A stretch of DNA of 64,000 nt from a virus (Duplodnaviria > Caudoviricetes), in IMG/VR virus record IMGVR_UViG_2885593961_000002, positions 1 through 64,000 of that record. The stretch is one strand, 5' to 3'. Below the pieces are notes generated by a model, which was given only the letters and a program-made list of their open reading frames with translations, was not told where the DNA came from and ran no database searches. Shown piece by piece: positions 1-9,331 of this stretch. A program made the position numbers and the translations under genes. Positions within the stretch are counted from its first letter, which is position 1, and every line of letters begins with the position of its first letter.

Positions 1-1272
1 ATGCCGCGCCTCCACCACGCGCTCGACGATGTTCAGATCCGACACTGGATCGCCAAAGGGGAACCCGTTGCCAAGGCCGATGGCGACGGCCTGACCTTCA
101 CCCTATCCGGCTCAGGAACCGCGACCTGGGTCCTTCGCTATAGCCGGGGCAACCGCCGCCGTGAGCTGACGATCGGCAACTACCCGGACATGTCGCTTGC
201 ATCCGCCAGAAAAGCTGCTCGCGCGTTCCGAGTCGAGATCGACAAGGGCGAGGACCCTGCCGCTGACAAGAAGACAGAGAAAGCCCGTACCGCCTCCGCG
301 CTGACCGTCCGCCAACTATGTGACGACTACAAGGAAAAGGTGATGGTCAGTCTCGCCGAAGGTTCGATCTACAACCGGAACTGGGATATCGAGAATATGG
401 TGAAGCCGAACCTCGGTTCACTGGAGGCTCGAAAGGTCACGTCGGCCGACATCATCTACATGCTTGAGACCAGTGGGAAATCTTGGAACGTCTGTAATCG
501 TGTGCTGGGGACGGTTTCGATCCTGTTCGACCATGCGATTGGCAAGCGGGTCGTCGAGACCAACCCCACTGCGGGCATTAAGTTGAGAGCATTGCTTGGC
601 GAGCCGCCACCAGTTCGTCAACGACTGATGCTTACTGAGGATGAGCTTAGGGTCTTGTTGCCTGACATCGACGACAAGATCGGTAGCGACAACGGGCTCA
701 TGTTCCGCGTCCTGTTGGCCACGTGCGTTCGCACAAGCGAACTGGTCAAGGCCAGGAAGGAACACTTCGATCTCAAGCGTGGGACGTGGTGGATTCCGCC
801 ACAAAACCTCAAAGCAGGATTCGGCGCGCTCGTACCTCTCGTTCCAACCGTCGTGAAGTGGATCGAGGACTTGATGGCCATATCGGGGGACTCTGAATGG
901 CTCTTGCCAGCGCGGTGTGGCAAGCGACGCAAGCTCGGCGATACTCACATGGGCGTCAAGACGCTGTGGGCCTCCATCTCGCGGGCGTTTGAAAGCAGCA
1001 AGCTTGAGATGCGGTACTTCACTCCGCACGACACACGCAGCACGGCAAAAGGCCACATGAGGAACATGGGCGTCTCGCGGGAAATCAGCGAAATCGCGCT
1101 GAACCACAAAGTGAAAGGTGTAGAAGGGATTTACGACGTGCGGGAGGAGATCCCGGAGAGACGAGCGGCAATGGCGCTGTGGGCAGCCTTCGTGAGTGAT
1201 TGCTGCGAGGGGAAAAATCCGCCGACCGACGTTCAGCCGACGAACGTGCTGCTTTTCAGAAGAGCAAGTTAA
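1..1272 (+). CDS. Tyrosine integrase, P4/IntA-like, with N-terminal Arm DNA-binding domain
   Basis: N-terminus DGDGLTF...TWVLRY...LTIGNYPDMSLASAR; catalytic R (TCVRTSE), HDTR, LNH and GIYD tyrosine all present. Confidence 0.93.
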   Translation: MPRLHHALDDVQIRHWIAKGEPVAKADGDGLTFTLSGSGTATWVLRYSRGNRRRELTIGNYPDMSLASARKAARAFRVEIDKGEDPAADKKTEKARTASALTVRQLCDDYKEKVMVSLAEGSIYNRNWDIENMVKPNLGSLEARKVTSADIIYMLETSGKSWNVCNRVLGTVSILFDHAIGKRVVETNPTAGIKLRALLGEPPPVRQRLMLTEDELRVLLPDIDDKIGSDNGLMFRVLLATCVRTSELVKARKEHFDLKRGTWWIPPQNLKAGFGALVPLVPTVVKWIEDLMAISGDSEWLLPARCGKRRKLGDTHMGVKTLWASISRAFESSKLEMRYFTPHDTRSTAKGHMRNMGVSREISEIALNHKVKGVEGIYDVREEIPERRAAMALWAAFVSDCCEGKNPPTDVQPTNVLLFRRAS

Positions 1273-1301
1273 GATAAACATAACTGACTACAACCAACAC
1301 C

Positions 1302-2465
1302 ATGACCACACCGAATCTGCTCCCGCCTGAACTCATTCCGGTACGCGACGCAGCTAGTAAAGCGTTGGGTGCAGTTCGGCCGGGAAATATCACCGACTTC
1401 CGCACACTTTACGTCGGTCGTCGATCTAACGCTGGACGTGCCCTACCCGCTTATTACTTAGTCTATTTTCTTCTCGTCGAATTACTAGGTTTTGAGAATC
1501 TTGGCCAGGGTGACAAGGTCGCATGGTCAGTTCCCGTTGAATACAAGGGACATATTTATCTGATCGAGCATCGCAAAATGGGGCTTGGCGTGTTCGCCGA
1601 CGACGTTGAAAGCAAAGAGGATGACATTCGCGAAATTGTAATTCGAATTCAAAAAGCCATAAGAAAAGCCGAACCATATTTTGAATGGAAGGCAGATCAA
1701 GGGCTTGCACAATCTGCTGTCAACGTAAGGAACAATAGTAGCGAACTATTTGATCGCTACGAATTTTTCACCAACAGCTTTAAGGTGAAAGCAGCCGACG
1801 CTGAAAAAGCGCGGGAGGACGAGCGTAGTGCAATGAGAGCGGGAAATGCGCCAGTATACGCAAGCTGGCAATTGCGCAAGGAGTCCAGCTGGTTGGCTCT
1901 TGCAGCAATTGATGCCTTCTACAGTTGGACAGAGCACGTCTTCATCCACTTGGCAATCTTGCTAGGCCATGTTCAAACTGCTGATGAGATTACCACTTTA
2001 GCGCAGTCAGAGTGGTCGGCGAAGTACAAAGCAGTTTTCGACCTTACCGAAAGAGAGGCCAAGCTGTATTTTGACAAATTAAGTGATATTCGCTATGAAC
2101 TGCGCAACTTTGTCGCACATGGCGCTTTTGGCAAGCGCGGAGAGGCTTATCATTTTCACTCAGGGGCAGGAGCCGTTCCCGTGTTTCTCCCGCACAAGGC
2201 AGGGAGTCGGAAATATCGCTTAACCGGGGGCATCGCTTTCCGAGAAGAGGATGCTCTAGCCCTGATCGATTCATTCATCAATTTTCTTTGGTCGAATGGA
2301 CGCGAACCAGCAAGGGCATACCTGCACGATACCGAATTGCCGATCATTTTAACCTACGCCAGAAATGGGACCTACGCAGCCGCGATGACCTCGGTAGGGG
2401 ACATGAACGCGTTCATTGAGCACGAACAAGCGGCTTGGGATCGGGCGGCGGATATGGACTATTAA
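1302..2465 (+). CDS. Cargo protein with HEPN-like RxxxxH motif (putative RNase/defence moron)
   Basis: 387 aa, visibly lower GC than neighbours; LRNFVAHG motif preceded by helical AAIDAFYSWTEHVF. Confidence 0.5.
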   Translation: MTTPNLLPPELIPVRDAASKALGAVRPGNITDFRTLYVGRRSNAGRALPAYYLVYFLLVELLGFENLGQGDKVAWSVPVEYKGHIYLIEHRKMGLGVFADDVESKEDDIREIVIRIQKAIRKAEPYFEWKADQGLAQSAVNVRNNSSELFDRYEFFTNSFKVKAADAEKAREDERSAMRAGNAPVYASWQLRKESSWLALAAIDAFYSWTEHVFIHLAILLGHVQTADEITTLAQSEWSAKYKAVFDLTEREAKLYFDKLSDIRYELRNFVAHGAFGKRGEAYHFHSGAGAVPVFLPHKAGSRKYRLTGGIAFREEDALALIDSFINFLWSNGREPARAYLHDTELPIILTYARNGTYAAAMTSVGDMNAFIEHEQAAWDRAADMDY

Positions 2466-2495
2466 TATCCTGAAATACCTTCCCCCACTCCGCAA

Positions 2496-3152
2496 TTACT
2501 TCGGCCCAGCGCTCATTTCGTCGGCCGAATAGAGCTGAAGCATCGCACGTGCGGCCTCGACGTTCTTCGTGTGCAACCACTCGTCGTAGTCGGAAGGTCG
2601 GAGGATCACGACCGACCGCTTCTCGTCGTTCGGTTTGTGCATGCGGGACATGACCGGATGGCCGTCAGCATTGACTGTAAGCATGGACATGCCGATCAAC
2701 GTGCGACCGTCAGCGTCCTCATAGCGCCGCCAAATGCCTGCGACGCAGTACGGTTGCCAATCTGTCAGGCCGATTCGATGCCACACGTTCTTGCCAGTCT
2801 CGTAGCAAGGCTCGTAGACCCAGCGCGCCGGAATTAGACACCTCTGCCCGTCCCGCCATGCCTTGCTATAAAGGCGCGACGTGCCGACCGTTTCCGTCCG
2901 CGCGTTCATGGTATCCAGAGGTCTCTTCTTGCGACCGTTCTCGTCCCGCCGCTCGGGCTGCATGAACTTGGGCCAGAAGCCAAACACGGCTTTGACCACC
3001 TCCAGACCGTCCCCGGCCGCGTAGGCTATCGGGGCACTGTAGTCCGGATACACCTCCAAGTCCCAAGGATCGCGCTTGTACAGGTCGCCGATTCCAATCT
3101 TCAGCTCGCTGATCCCTGGATCTTCGTCTGGCGCACGGTAGTTCGTACACAT
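2496..3152 (-). CDS. yedK: SOS response-associated peptidase (SRAP/YedK/HMCES family abasic-site protein)
   Basis: Start re-placed at ATG 3152 gives the diagnostic MC N-terminus (MCTNY) with GGGGAG SD; NARTET, RCLIPA, EP, H-x-RMH...KRSVVIL motifs. Confidence 0.9.
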   Translation of the reverse strand: MCTNYRAPDEDPGISELKIGIGDLYKRDPWDLEVYPDYSAPIAYAAGDGLEVVKAVFGFWPKFMQPERRDENGRKKRPLDTMNARTETVGTSRLYSKAWRDGQRCLIPARWVYEPCYETGKNVWHRIGLTDWQPYCVAGIWRRYEDADGRTLIGMSMLTVNADGHPVMSRMHKPNDEKRSVVILRPSDYDEWLHTKNVEAARAMLQLYSADEMSAGPK

Positions 3153-3200
3153 GTCGCTCCCCAATTTCAAGACTTGACCAACGCATCTTATCTCGGAATA

Positions 3201-3220
3201 TACTGTACATCCATACAGTA
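3201..3220. promoter_or_regulatory. LexA (SOS) box TACTGTACATCCATACAGTA
   Basis: Perfect CTGT-N8-ACAG; on the minus strand followed directly by TATATT, the same layout as the E. coli recA promoter; lies between divergent SRAP and 3235 genes. Confidence 0.88.
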
Positions 3221-3234
3221 TTTTGAGGTGAACC

Positions 3235-3630
3235 GTGGAACCGCTATGGGAGTACCGCTGGGAGTATGTTGACTCGTACTACGGCGTGATTGATTGCCAG
3301 TTCTGGATGACCGACTATGAGGCGGAACACTGGCATGGGTACGGGAAGGAAGGGACACGGCGTCTAGATGAGACGCGGAGAGATCGGCACTTGCAGCTCC
3401 GCACGCACGAGCGTGCTCGGATGTCCGTGCCGGCGAGGTATTCAGGGCCGTCAAAGGAGCAGCCTCTACCGGAGTTTGTGTCGCCGGACGTCACTCTTTT
3501 GAGGCAGTGGTGGGACAAACCTGACCAGGTAAGTGGCGCAGATGTGAGACGGATGGTGCTTGAAGTAATTGCGCTGCGAAGGCTCCTCAATGCAAGCATC
3601 AAGGTAGCCTCCGAGAGCAGTTCGTCGTGA
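3235..3630 (+). CDS. Hypothetical protein divergent from SRAP
   Basis: GAGGTG SD before GTG start; 131 aa. Confidence 0.65.
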   Translation: MEPLWEYRWEYVDSYYGVIDCQFWMTDYEAEHWHGYGKEGTRRLDETRRDRHLQLRTHERARMSVPARYSGPSKEQPLPEFVSPDVTLLRQWWDKPDQVSGADVRRMVLEVIALRRLLNASIKVASESSSS

Positions 3631-3641
3631 CGAGAGTCGAC

Positions 3642-3860
3642 TTATGCCCGTGGCCTTTGCATAAGTTTCGCTTCTAGCTCCTTGTTGCGCTTCGGCAATG
3701 CAGCCCAGGCGAGGTAATGCTGGCCAACCTCGCCCTGCCACACGCCGATGACCGCAATGCCGCCGATCGTCAGCAGCAGGCACTTGGCCCCACCATGCTG
3801 CGGTTTCCCGTACACCCATTCGGAGACAGGTGCAGTCACGTAGTTCTTGCCAAGTGTCAT
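3642..3860 (-). CDS. Hypothetical phage protein
   Basis: Last gene of the leftward operon; abuts 3861 gene. Confidence 0.6.
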   Translation of the reverse strand: MTLGKNYVTAPVSEWVYGKPQHGGAKCLLLTIGGIAVIGVWQGEVGQHYLAWAALPKRNKELEAKLMQRPRA

Positions 3861-4067
3861 TCAATCCTCCTGCGGGAACGGGGAACGATACGCGCTGTGG
3901 CTCACTTCGAGCGTGCCACCGCAGACCTTGTCCGTGAACATCTCGCCCTTGAAGTCGCCGGCTTCAAGTTCGAGCAACCGGCCGCAGTGCGGGCACTTCA
4001 CGTAGACGTCGTTGCTGGTGCTCTCGCGGTGATACGTTTTCACCACGAGGATTTCGTCAGTAGCCAT
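3861..4067 (-). CDS. Small Zn-finger-like protein
   Basis: CPHC...DKVC; ATG overlaps the upstream TGA at 4067. Confidence 0.6.
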   Translation of the reverse strand: MATDEILVVKTYHRESTSNDVYVKCPHCGRLLELEAGDFKGEMFTDKVCGGTLEVSHSAYRSPFPQED

Positions 4068-4333
4068 CAGCGCGTCTCCTCTGCCCGCATCTCCTGCCAG
4101 CGGATCAAGGTGTCGATCGACTCCTGTATGTCCTTGGTGATGTCCTTCTGGCCACGACCACCGGCAACCAGCAGCTTCTTTACCGCGTGTTGAATGCACG
4201 GATCGACAACGTTGAACAGCTCAAGCACGCGGTACACATCGATACTCGGATACGGGCACGGCTTGTGATAGTGCGCGTGTTTCCGAGGCCCTTGCGGGCC
4301 TTGCGTAGCTGGCGCGGCAAGTTCGGCCATCAT
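4067..4333 (-). CDS. DUF3310-like phage protein
   Basis: HYHK...IDVYRVL...QHAVKKLL..GGRGQKD...DIQES pattern resembles this family; ATG overlaps thyX stop. Confidence 0.45.
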   Translation of the reverse strand: MMAELAAPATQGPQGPRKHAHYHKPCPYPSIDVYRVLELFNVVDPCIQHAVKKLLVAGGRGQKDITKDIQESIDTLIRWQEMRAEETR

Positions 4334-5247
4334 GCCTCGACCTCCCCGCGCTGCGCGACCAGAGCGCGATGCAATCGGACCTCGTCGTTGGTCCACTGCC
4401 GGCGCAGGACGGCAGGAACTTCACCGTCCATCGCGCGGGCCTTCTCGACGTCCTGGCGGTGCTGAAGCCAGCCGTCGAAGTTGCCGCCCTTCTGCGTCGA
4501 CGAGAAAGCCGGCGTCGCTTGGTGCTCGGTCGGAGATGCGTGGATCGGGCGCGCGCCGACCAGCTTAGCGTAGCGCTCGAACTCCTTCGCGTGGCTCGCG
4601 TCGCCGTCAAACGGGTCGTAGGAGATCCGTGCGCAGCGCGCGACGGACAGCTTGATCTGTTCTTCAATCGGCAGCGCCTCGCGCTCAGCCTGGAGGACGT
4701 ATGGCAAGTGCCACTCAGCGATGCGCAACCGGCGCGGCACGCTGACCTCGATCGCGGTCATGATCTCGACGGCCAAGATCTGCATCGTCGGATCGGCGTC
4801 CGGATGGCAGCGCAGTTCGTCGAAGTTGCCCCAGTCGGTCGAGGAAAGCAGGACGTTGATGTACTGGTACGGCTCGGTGACGCGGTTGGCGATTTGCTTG
4901 TGCGCGCCGAGCTTCATGAGCAGCCAGCTATGCAGCGCGGCGAAGCGGGCAGCGCTGCGCCATGTGGCCTTCGCGGCCCACAGACGCCAGCCTTGAAGCT
5001 CCGTTCCTGCCTGCATACCCGGCTGGTTGGTGCCCCACTCCGCGGGACACGCCGGCCGCGACCAGACTTGGCGCAACATGCGACGGATGGGGATAGCGCG
5101 GGAGCTGCCCGCGTTGCGCGAGAACTTGCGGTGCGTCATCAGCTCGCTATGGATGATGCGCGGATACCGCACTTCAACGGTCGTGAGGCGCACGCCGTTC
5201 GAGGCGATCGAATCTTCGATCACCTTGGCCAGAATGATAGGTTTCAT
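4330..5247 (-). CDS. thyX: FAD-dependent thymidylate synthase ThyX (phage type)
   Basis: THRKFSRNAGSSR fits the RHRx7S-type signature; SVARCARISY, HASPTEHQA. Confidence 0.85.
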   Translation of the reverse strand: MKPIILAKVIEDSIASNGVRLTTVEVRYPRIIHSELMTHRKFSRNAGSSRAIPIRRMLRQVWSRPACPAEWGTNQPGMQAGTELQGWRLWAAKATWRSAARFAALHSWLLMKLGAHKQIANRVTEPYQYINVLLSSTDWGNFDELRCHPDADPTMQILAVEIMTAIEVSVPRRLRIAEWHLPYVLQAEREALPIEEQIKLSVARCARISYDPFDGDASHAKEFERYAKLVGARPIHASPTEHQATPAFSSTQKGGNFDGWLQHRQDVEKARAMDGEVPAVLRRQWTNDEVRLHRALVAQRGEVEA

Positions 5248-5294
5248 CTTGTTTTCAGGGCCGGTGGTGGTCGGCCCTTCCTACGTGTGGTGGT

Positions 5295-5873
5295 TTACGA
5301 GTTGCGAGCGTCCAGACCGCCCTTGTCCGCGCGCGCTTCAGCGGCGGCATTCGTGTAGGCATCCGGGAAACGCTGCTTCAGCTTCGCGATGTTCGCCGAC
5401 ATGACTTCTTCGAGAGGCATATCGAGCGCGTCGCAGGCATGGGCCACGCCGCTGAGGATGTTTACGAGGCTGCGCATCGCTCCCGTGCGAGCGCGCGCGT
5501 CTTGATACAGCGGCACTTCATACGTGAAGAAGCCGATCTCGACCGAGATGCGATTCGCGACGATCTGGAGCTGTTCCGCGAGCGGTAGCGCGCTCAGGTC
5601 GAAGTCGAAGAGATGCTGGTATTCGGGGATCTCGAAGTCGAGCGCGTCGGCACCGATGGCCACGTACCAGAGAATGTCGCCCAGCTCTTCGAAGATATGT
5701 TCGCGCATCTCCTGCGTGAGCGGCTTCTGATAGGCCCAAAGGCGTTTGACTTCGGTCGTGAACTCGCCATGTTCGGTCGTAAGACCGAGCGATGCGTGTT
5801 GCAGGCGCAGCAGAGAAGTTGCCAGCGGCTTCTCGGTGCGAAGGGCCAGAGGTTTGTATTGTTCGAAGTTCAT
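5295..5873 (-). CDS. mazG: MazG-like nucleoside triphosphate pyrophosphohydrolase
   Basis: LGLTTEHGEFTTEVKR...EELGDILWYVA...NIAKLKQRFPD; start re-placed at MNFEQY. Confidence 0.85.
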   Translation of the reverse strand: MNFEQYKPLALRTEKPLATSLLRLQHASLGLTTEHGEFTTEVKRLWAYQKPLTQEMREHIFEELGDILWYVAIGADALDFEIPEYQHLFDFDLSALPLAEQLQIVANRISVEIGFFTYEVPLYQDARARTGAMRSLVNILSGVAHACDALDMPLEEVMSANIAKLKQRFPDAYTNAAAEARADKGGLDARNS

Positions 5874-5874
5874 T

Positions 5875-6222
5875 TTAGTAAGTCTCGGGTGGTGCGGTGA
5901 ACCAGAGTCGGCGCGACACGGGACGTTCGACGGGCATCGCATACTGGATGATCATGTCGTCGTCTCGAACCTGAACCATCGTGATCAGCCCTTGATCGTG
6001 CTTCTCACGTGCATTCGCCAGAATCCGTTCAAACCTTTCATTCCAGCGGCGTTCCGCGGGGAACTTGCGCGCGATAATGAAGGCGTAATTTCCAGGGTTT
6101 CCCCAGCCGAAGAGTTCCATCTTGTTCATCTCTTCGACGACACGCTCCAGGGTGGTGTCAAGGAACGTCGCGATAAGCTGGGGGGTGAAGTTTTGATCTA
6201 GTAGCGTTTTAATGGACTCCAT
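5875..6222 (-). CDS. Hypothetical protein
   Basis: GAGG SD; tightly packed in the operon. Confidence 0.7.
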   Translation of the reverse strand: MESIKTLLDQNFTPQLIATFLDTTLERVVEEMNKMELFGWGNPGNYAFIIARKFPAERRWNERFERILANAREKHDQGLITMVQVRDDDMIIQYAMPVERPVSRRLWFTAPPETY

Positions 6223-6229
6223 TAATTCC

Positions 6230-8248
6230 TCATGCGGCCTCTTTCAGTGGAAGTGTGAAGATGTGGTCTGCGATCGGACGCTTGTGCGTGACGATGATCA
6301 CCTGCTTGATGGTCTCCTTCAAACGTTGCAGACACTCGGCGGTGTACTGAGCACGCTGCGCATCCATCGACTCGTCGAACTCGTCGGCCATGAAGACGGA
6401 GAACACCCCATTGGTCAGCACTTGACCGAGACCAATCCGGAGTGCGAGATTCGCGACAGCCTTTCCGGAACCGGACAGCGTTTGCACTGCTTGGCCGTCG
6501 ACCGTGATGTTGAAGTCTTCATCCACCACGATCGACGTACGTGCGCCACCAGTCATCTGGTTGAGCAGCACGGACGCTACTTTGTTGAGCGACGGCACCA
6601 GATGCGACTTGATCACGAGCTTCGCTTCCGCTACTGCTGCCTTCGCTGCGGCCTTGTCATCGGCCGCAGCATTCAACGCATCGAGCTTCGCCTTGTCGAT
6701 GCCGTACGCGGCCATCTGCGCCTCGTACGTGCCCACGGCCTGCTCGTAGGCGCGCGACGCGACCAACTGCTCGTCCAGCTTGCTCAGCTCGGCCTCGACA
6801 CCGGCCAGCTCGGCGACGCGCGCCTCGCGCGCGGCCAGCTTCGCGAAGAACTCGTTGTAGCTGAGCACCTGGGCGTGGTGCGCGACGAGCTGGCCTTCGT
6901 ACGCCTGACGCTCTTTGAGGTCATCGCTACGATCGGGCGTGTTGTCAATCGCTTCCTGAAGGGTCTTGACCGATTGCTCGGTCTCGACCAACGATTGCTC
7001 GGCCTCGACGATCTTCGCCTTTTGAGCGTCGATCGCGGTCTGCGTGTCCTGCTTCGTGCGTTCGATGCGCTCACGAAGCTCGACGACCTCCTGCGTGAGC
7101 GCGGCCCGACGCTCAGCGTTGTCGTGCATAGTCCGCTGCGCGTTCAGATCCTTCTGGCTATACGTGGGCGCAGTAGCGTCCGCGTCGGTTACGTCCGCGT
7201 AGGCTTCGAGCGCCGCTGCCGCGATGGGCCAGTGGTGGTCGCAACTCGGGCAGACGTGCGAGCCCTGCCCCAAAAGCTTTTGGCGCTGGCCCCAGCGGAC
7301 GTGCCGCTCGTGAGCCATCTCGAGGAGCACGATTTCGTTGACCGTAAGCGTCGGCTCGACCAGCGTCGCGATCTGCTTCTCGATACGGACGATCTCGCCC
7401 TCCAGACGGCCCACGGTGCCGTCCGTGGTCACTGCCGTGAGTCCGTCTTTCAGACGCTTCAGCGAAGCCCGCTGATCGGCAGCTGCACTCTCCAGCGTAC
7501 CCTTCGCCGAAACCAGCTCACTGCGGGCCGCAATCAGGCTCTGTAGCGTCTCGACGGTTTCGCCAATGGTGCAGGTGGGGACGACCGGCTCGGACGGCTT
7601 GTGGGCCACCATACCGCGCAGCTGGTTCAGCTCGTTGACCAGGGTCGCGACGTTGTCGCGCTTCTGGCCAAGTGTCGTGCTCGACTCGAAGTCGGCTGGC
7701 TGCTCGGGCTTGACCGGCTCCCGCAGCACCGCGGCGACTCCGTCAGCCTGATTGCGGAACGCGAGGGCCTGCTTGCCGAGATCGGTCACGATTTCGTCGA
7801 GCACGTTCAAGCCGATCGTCTGGTCAACGATCTTGCGGCGCTCGGTCGGCTTCGCGTCCGACAGCTTCTCGATCTGGCCTTGCAGTACAGCGTTGGCCAT
7901 CGTGAATACGTCGTAGTCGTAGCCGAACAGCTCGCGGATCTTGGCATTGACCGGCTTCGTGCCCGTAGCGACGTCCTCACCCCCGCGCGTCAGCTTCGCG
8001 TTCTTCGTCGTGCGGACGATGCGGTACGTCTGGTCTCGCACGATGAATTCGAGCGCGACTTCGAGCTTCTTGTAGTCGTCGGCCGCGCCGCGCAGCGCGA
8101 CGCTACCCCACAGCGCGAACAGGATCATCTCAAGCGTGACGCTCTTGCCCGACTCATTCGGCCCCGTGATGGCGGTCTGCCCCACCGGGAAGGCGAACGT
8201 CGAGTTCGGGTGACGATAGCCGTTCTTGATATTCAGGTTCAGCAGCAT
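6230..8248 (-). CDS. sbcC: SbcC/Rad50-like SMC ATPase
   Basis: Walker A GPNESGKS, coiled coils with CPSC zinc hook, signature LSGSGK, Walker B MADEFD. Confidence 0.92.
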   Translation of the reverse strand: MLLNLNIKNGYRHPNSTFAFPVGQTAITGPNESGKSVTLEMILFALWGSVALRGAADDYKKLEVALEFIVRDQTYRIVRTTKNAKLTRGGEDVATGTKPVNAKIRELFGYDYDVFTMANAVLQGQIEKLSDAKPTERRKIVDQTIGLNVLDEIVTDLGKQALAFRNQADGVAAVLREPVKPEQPADFESSTTLGQKRDNVATLVNELNQLRGMVAHKPSEPVVPTCTIGETVETLQSLIAARSELVSAKGTLESAAADQRASLKRLKDGLTAVTTDGTVGRLEGEIVRIEKQIATLVEPTLTVNEIVLLEMAHERHVRWGQRQKLLGQGSHVCPSCDHHWPIAAAALEAYADVTDADATAPTYSQKDLNAQRTMHDNAERRAALTQEVVELRERIERTKQDTQTAIDAQKAKIVEAEQSLVETEQSVKTLQEAIDNTPDRSDDLKERQAYEGQLVAHHAQVLSYNEFFAKLAAREARVAELAGVEAELSKLDEQLVASRAYEQAVGTYEAQMAAYGIDKAKLDALNAAADDKAAAKAAVAEAKLVIKSHLVPSLNKVASVLLNQMTGGARTSIVVDEDFNITVDGQAVQTLSGSGKAVANLALRIGLGQVLTNGVFSVFMADEFDESMDAQRAQYTAECLQRLKETIKQVIIVTHKRPIADHIFTLPLKEAA

Positions 8249-8258
8249 GATGGTGTCC

Positions 8259-9263
8259 TCAAGCAGCGTTCCGGCGTTCTTGATACATCGCGAGCACTTC
8301 GTTCGAAGTCTCAGCGGTGACGTTATGCTTTGTCAGGCAGCGCGACAGAATGTCGACCATGTCAAACGACTCGGTCTGCATGGTGATGTCGACGTACTCC
8401 TCGCCGTTGTCGGCAATCGGCTTCGTCGTCAGTGCCCACGCGTCAACCGGGAAATCGATCTGCTCGCCCGGTTTGAGCAACACGCGCACGGCCACGTCGT
8501 GGAACTGATCAGGCGTAGTAGCGACGACGGCACGCAGCTCCTCCAGAGTGAGCGTGACGTAGCGACTGTCTTTGTCGTTTTCGCCGTGCGCGTATGGTTG
8601 CATCGAGCCGGGGAAGATGAGGCGCACGCCGTTGAGCGTTTCATCGTACGGCCGGTGATCGTGGCCGCTGACGACCAGCTTCGTGAGCGGGCGCAGCTCA
8701 AACAGCGGAACCGCGTTGTGCGGGTTGTCCTCAAACGTGACACGGTCCCAGTGCCCGACGACCAGGTCGAACTCCTTGTAGCCGTCCTCGACCAGCTTGC
8801 GTGCCATATCCTTCGAATTGGTGAAGGGATGCCAAGGGACAACGCCAAGGCGGAAGATGCCGTGCTCGACGATCTGGACGTCATCCTTCGCGATGACGAT
8901 GTTCTCGACGCCGTTCAGCAGCTGGTACAGCAGATCGAACGAGCTACGCTTGTCGGCATCGCGCGAGGCGTCATGGTTGCCGCGTGTGAGGACAAACCAC
9001 GTGTTGGGCCGAGCGCGCGCCGCTTCGCGGTAGGCCGATGCAACGGCCAGTACGATCTCGGGCGGCACGACAAACGTGTCGAAAATGTCGCCGAGGCAGA
9101 TGTTCACATCGACGTCCGCGAACAACGACTCGACGAACTCGTTCATCTGCATGCGCTCGCGCTCGCCCCGACGATCAAGGGGGACACCAGTCAGGAAAGC
9201 ACGACCAAGATGGGGGTCGCCAAGAAAGCCGACCCGAAGGCCGGCGATAGTTTCGATTTTCAT
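8259..9263 (-). CDS. sbcD: SbcD/Mre11-like metallophosphoesterase nuclease
   Basis: GDPHLG, GDIFD, GNHD, GHDH motifs; adjacent to SbcC. Confidence 0.92.
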   Translation of the reverse strand: MKIETIAGLRVGFLGDPHLGRAFLTGVPLDRRGERERMQMNEFVESLFADVDVNICLGDIFDTFVVPPEIVLAVASAYREAARARPNTWFVLTRGNHDASRDADKRSSFDLLYQLLNGVENIVIAKDDVQIVEHGIFRLGVVPWHPFTNSKDMARKLVEDGYKEFDLVVGHWDRVTFEDNPHNAVPLFELRPLTKLVVSGHDHRPYDETLNGVRLIFPGSMQPYAHGENDKDSRYVTLTLEELRAVVATTPDQFHDVAVRVLLKPGEQIDFPVDAWALTTKPIADNGEEYVDITMQTESFDMVDILSRCLTKHNVTAETSNEVLAMYQERRNAA

Positions 9264-9331
9264 GATTCACAACCTAGTGAAGTGGTGGTACAGCGCGCCG
9301 CAGCGCGCTGCTCTCTCGGTTGCGCTACCGC

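Noticed and set aside
1-1301. att site near the integrase
   Set aside because: No tRNA fragment or paired direct repeat is visible, and the window starts at the integrase ATG.
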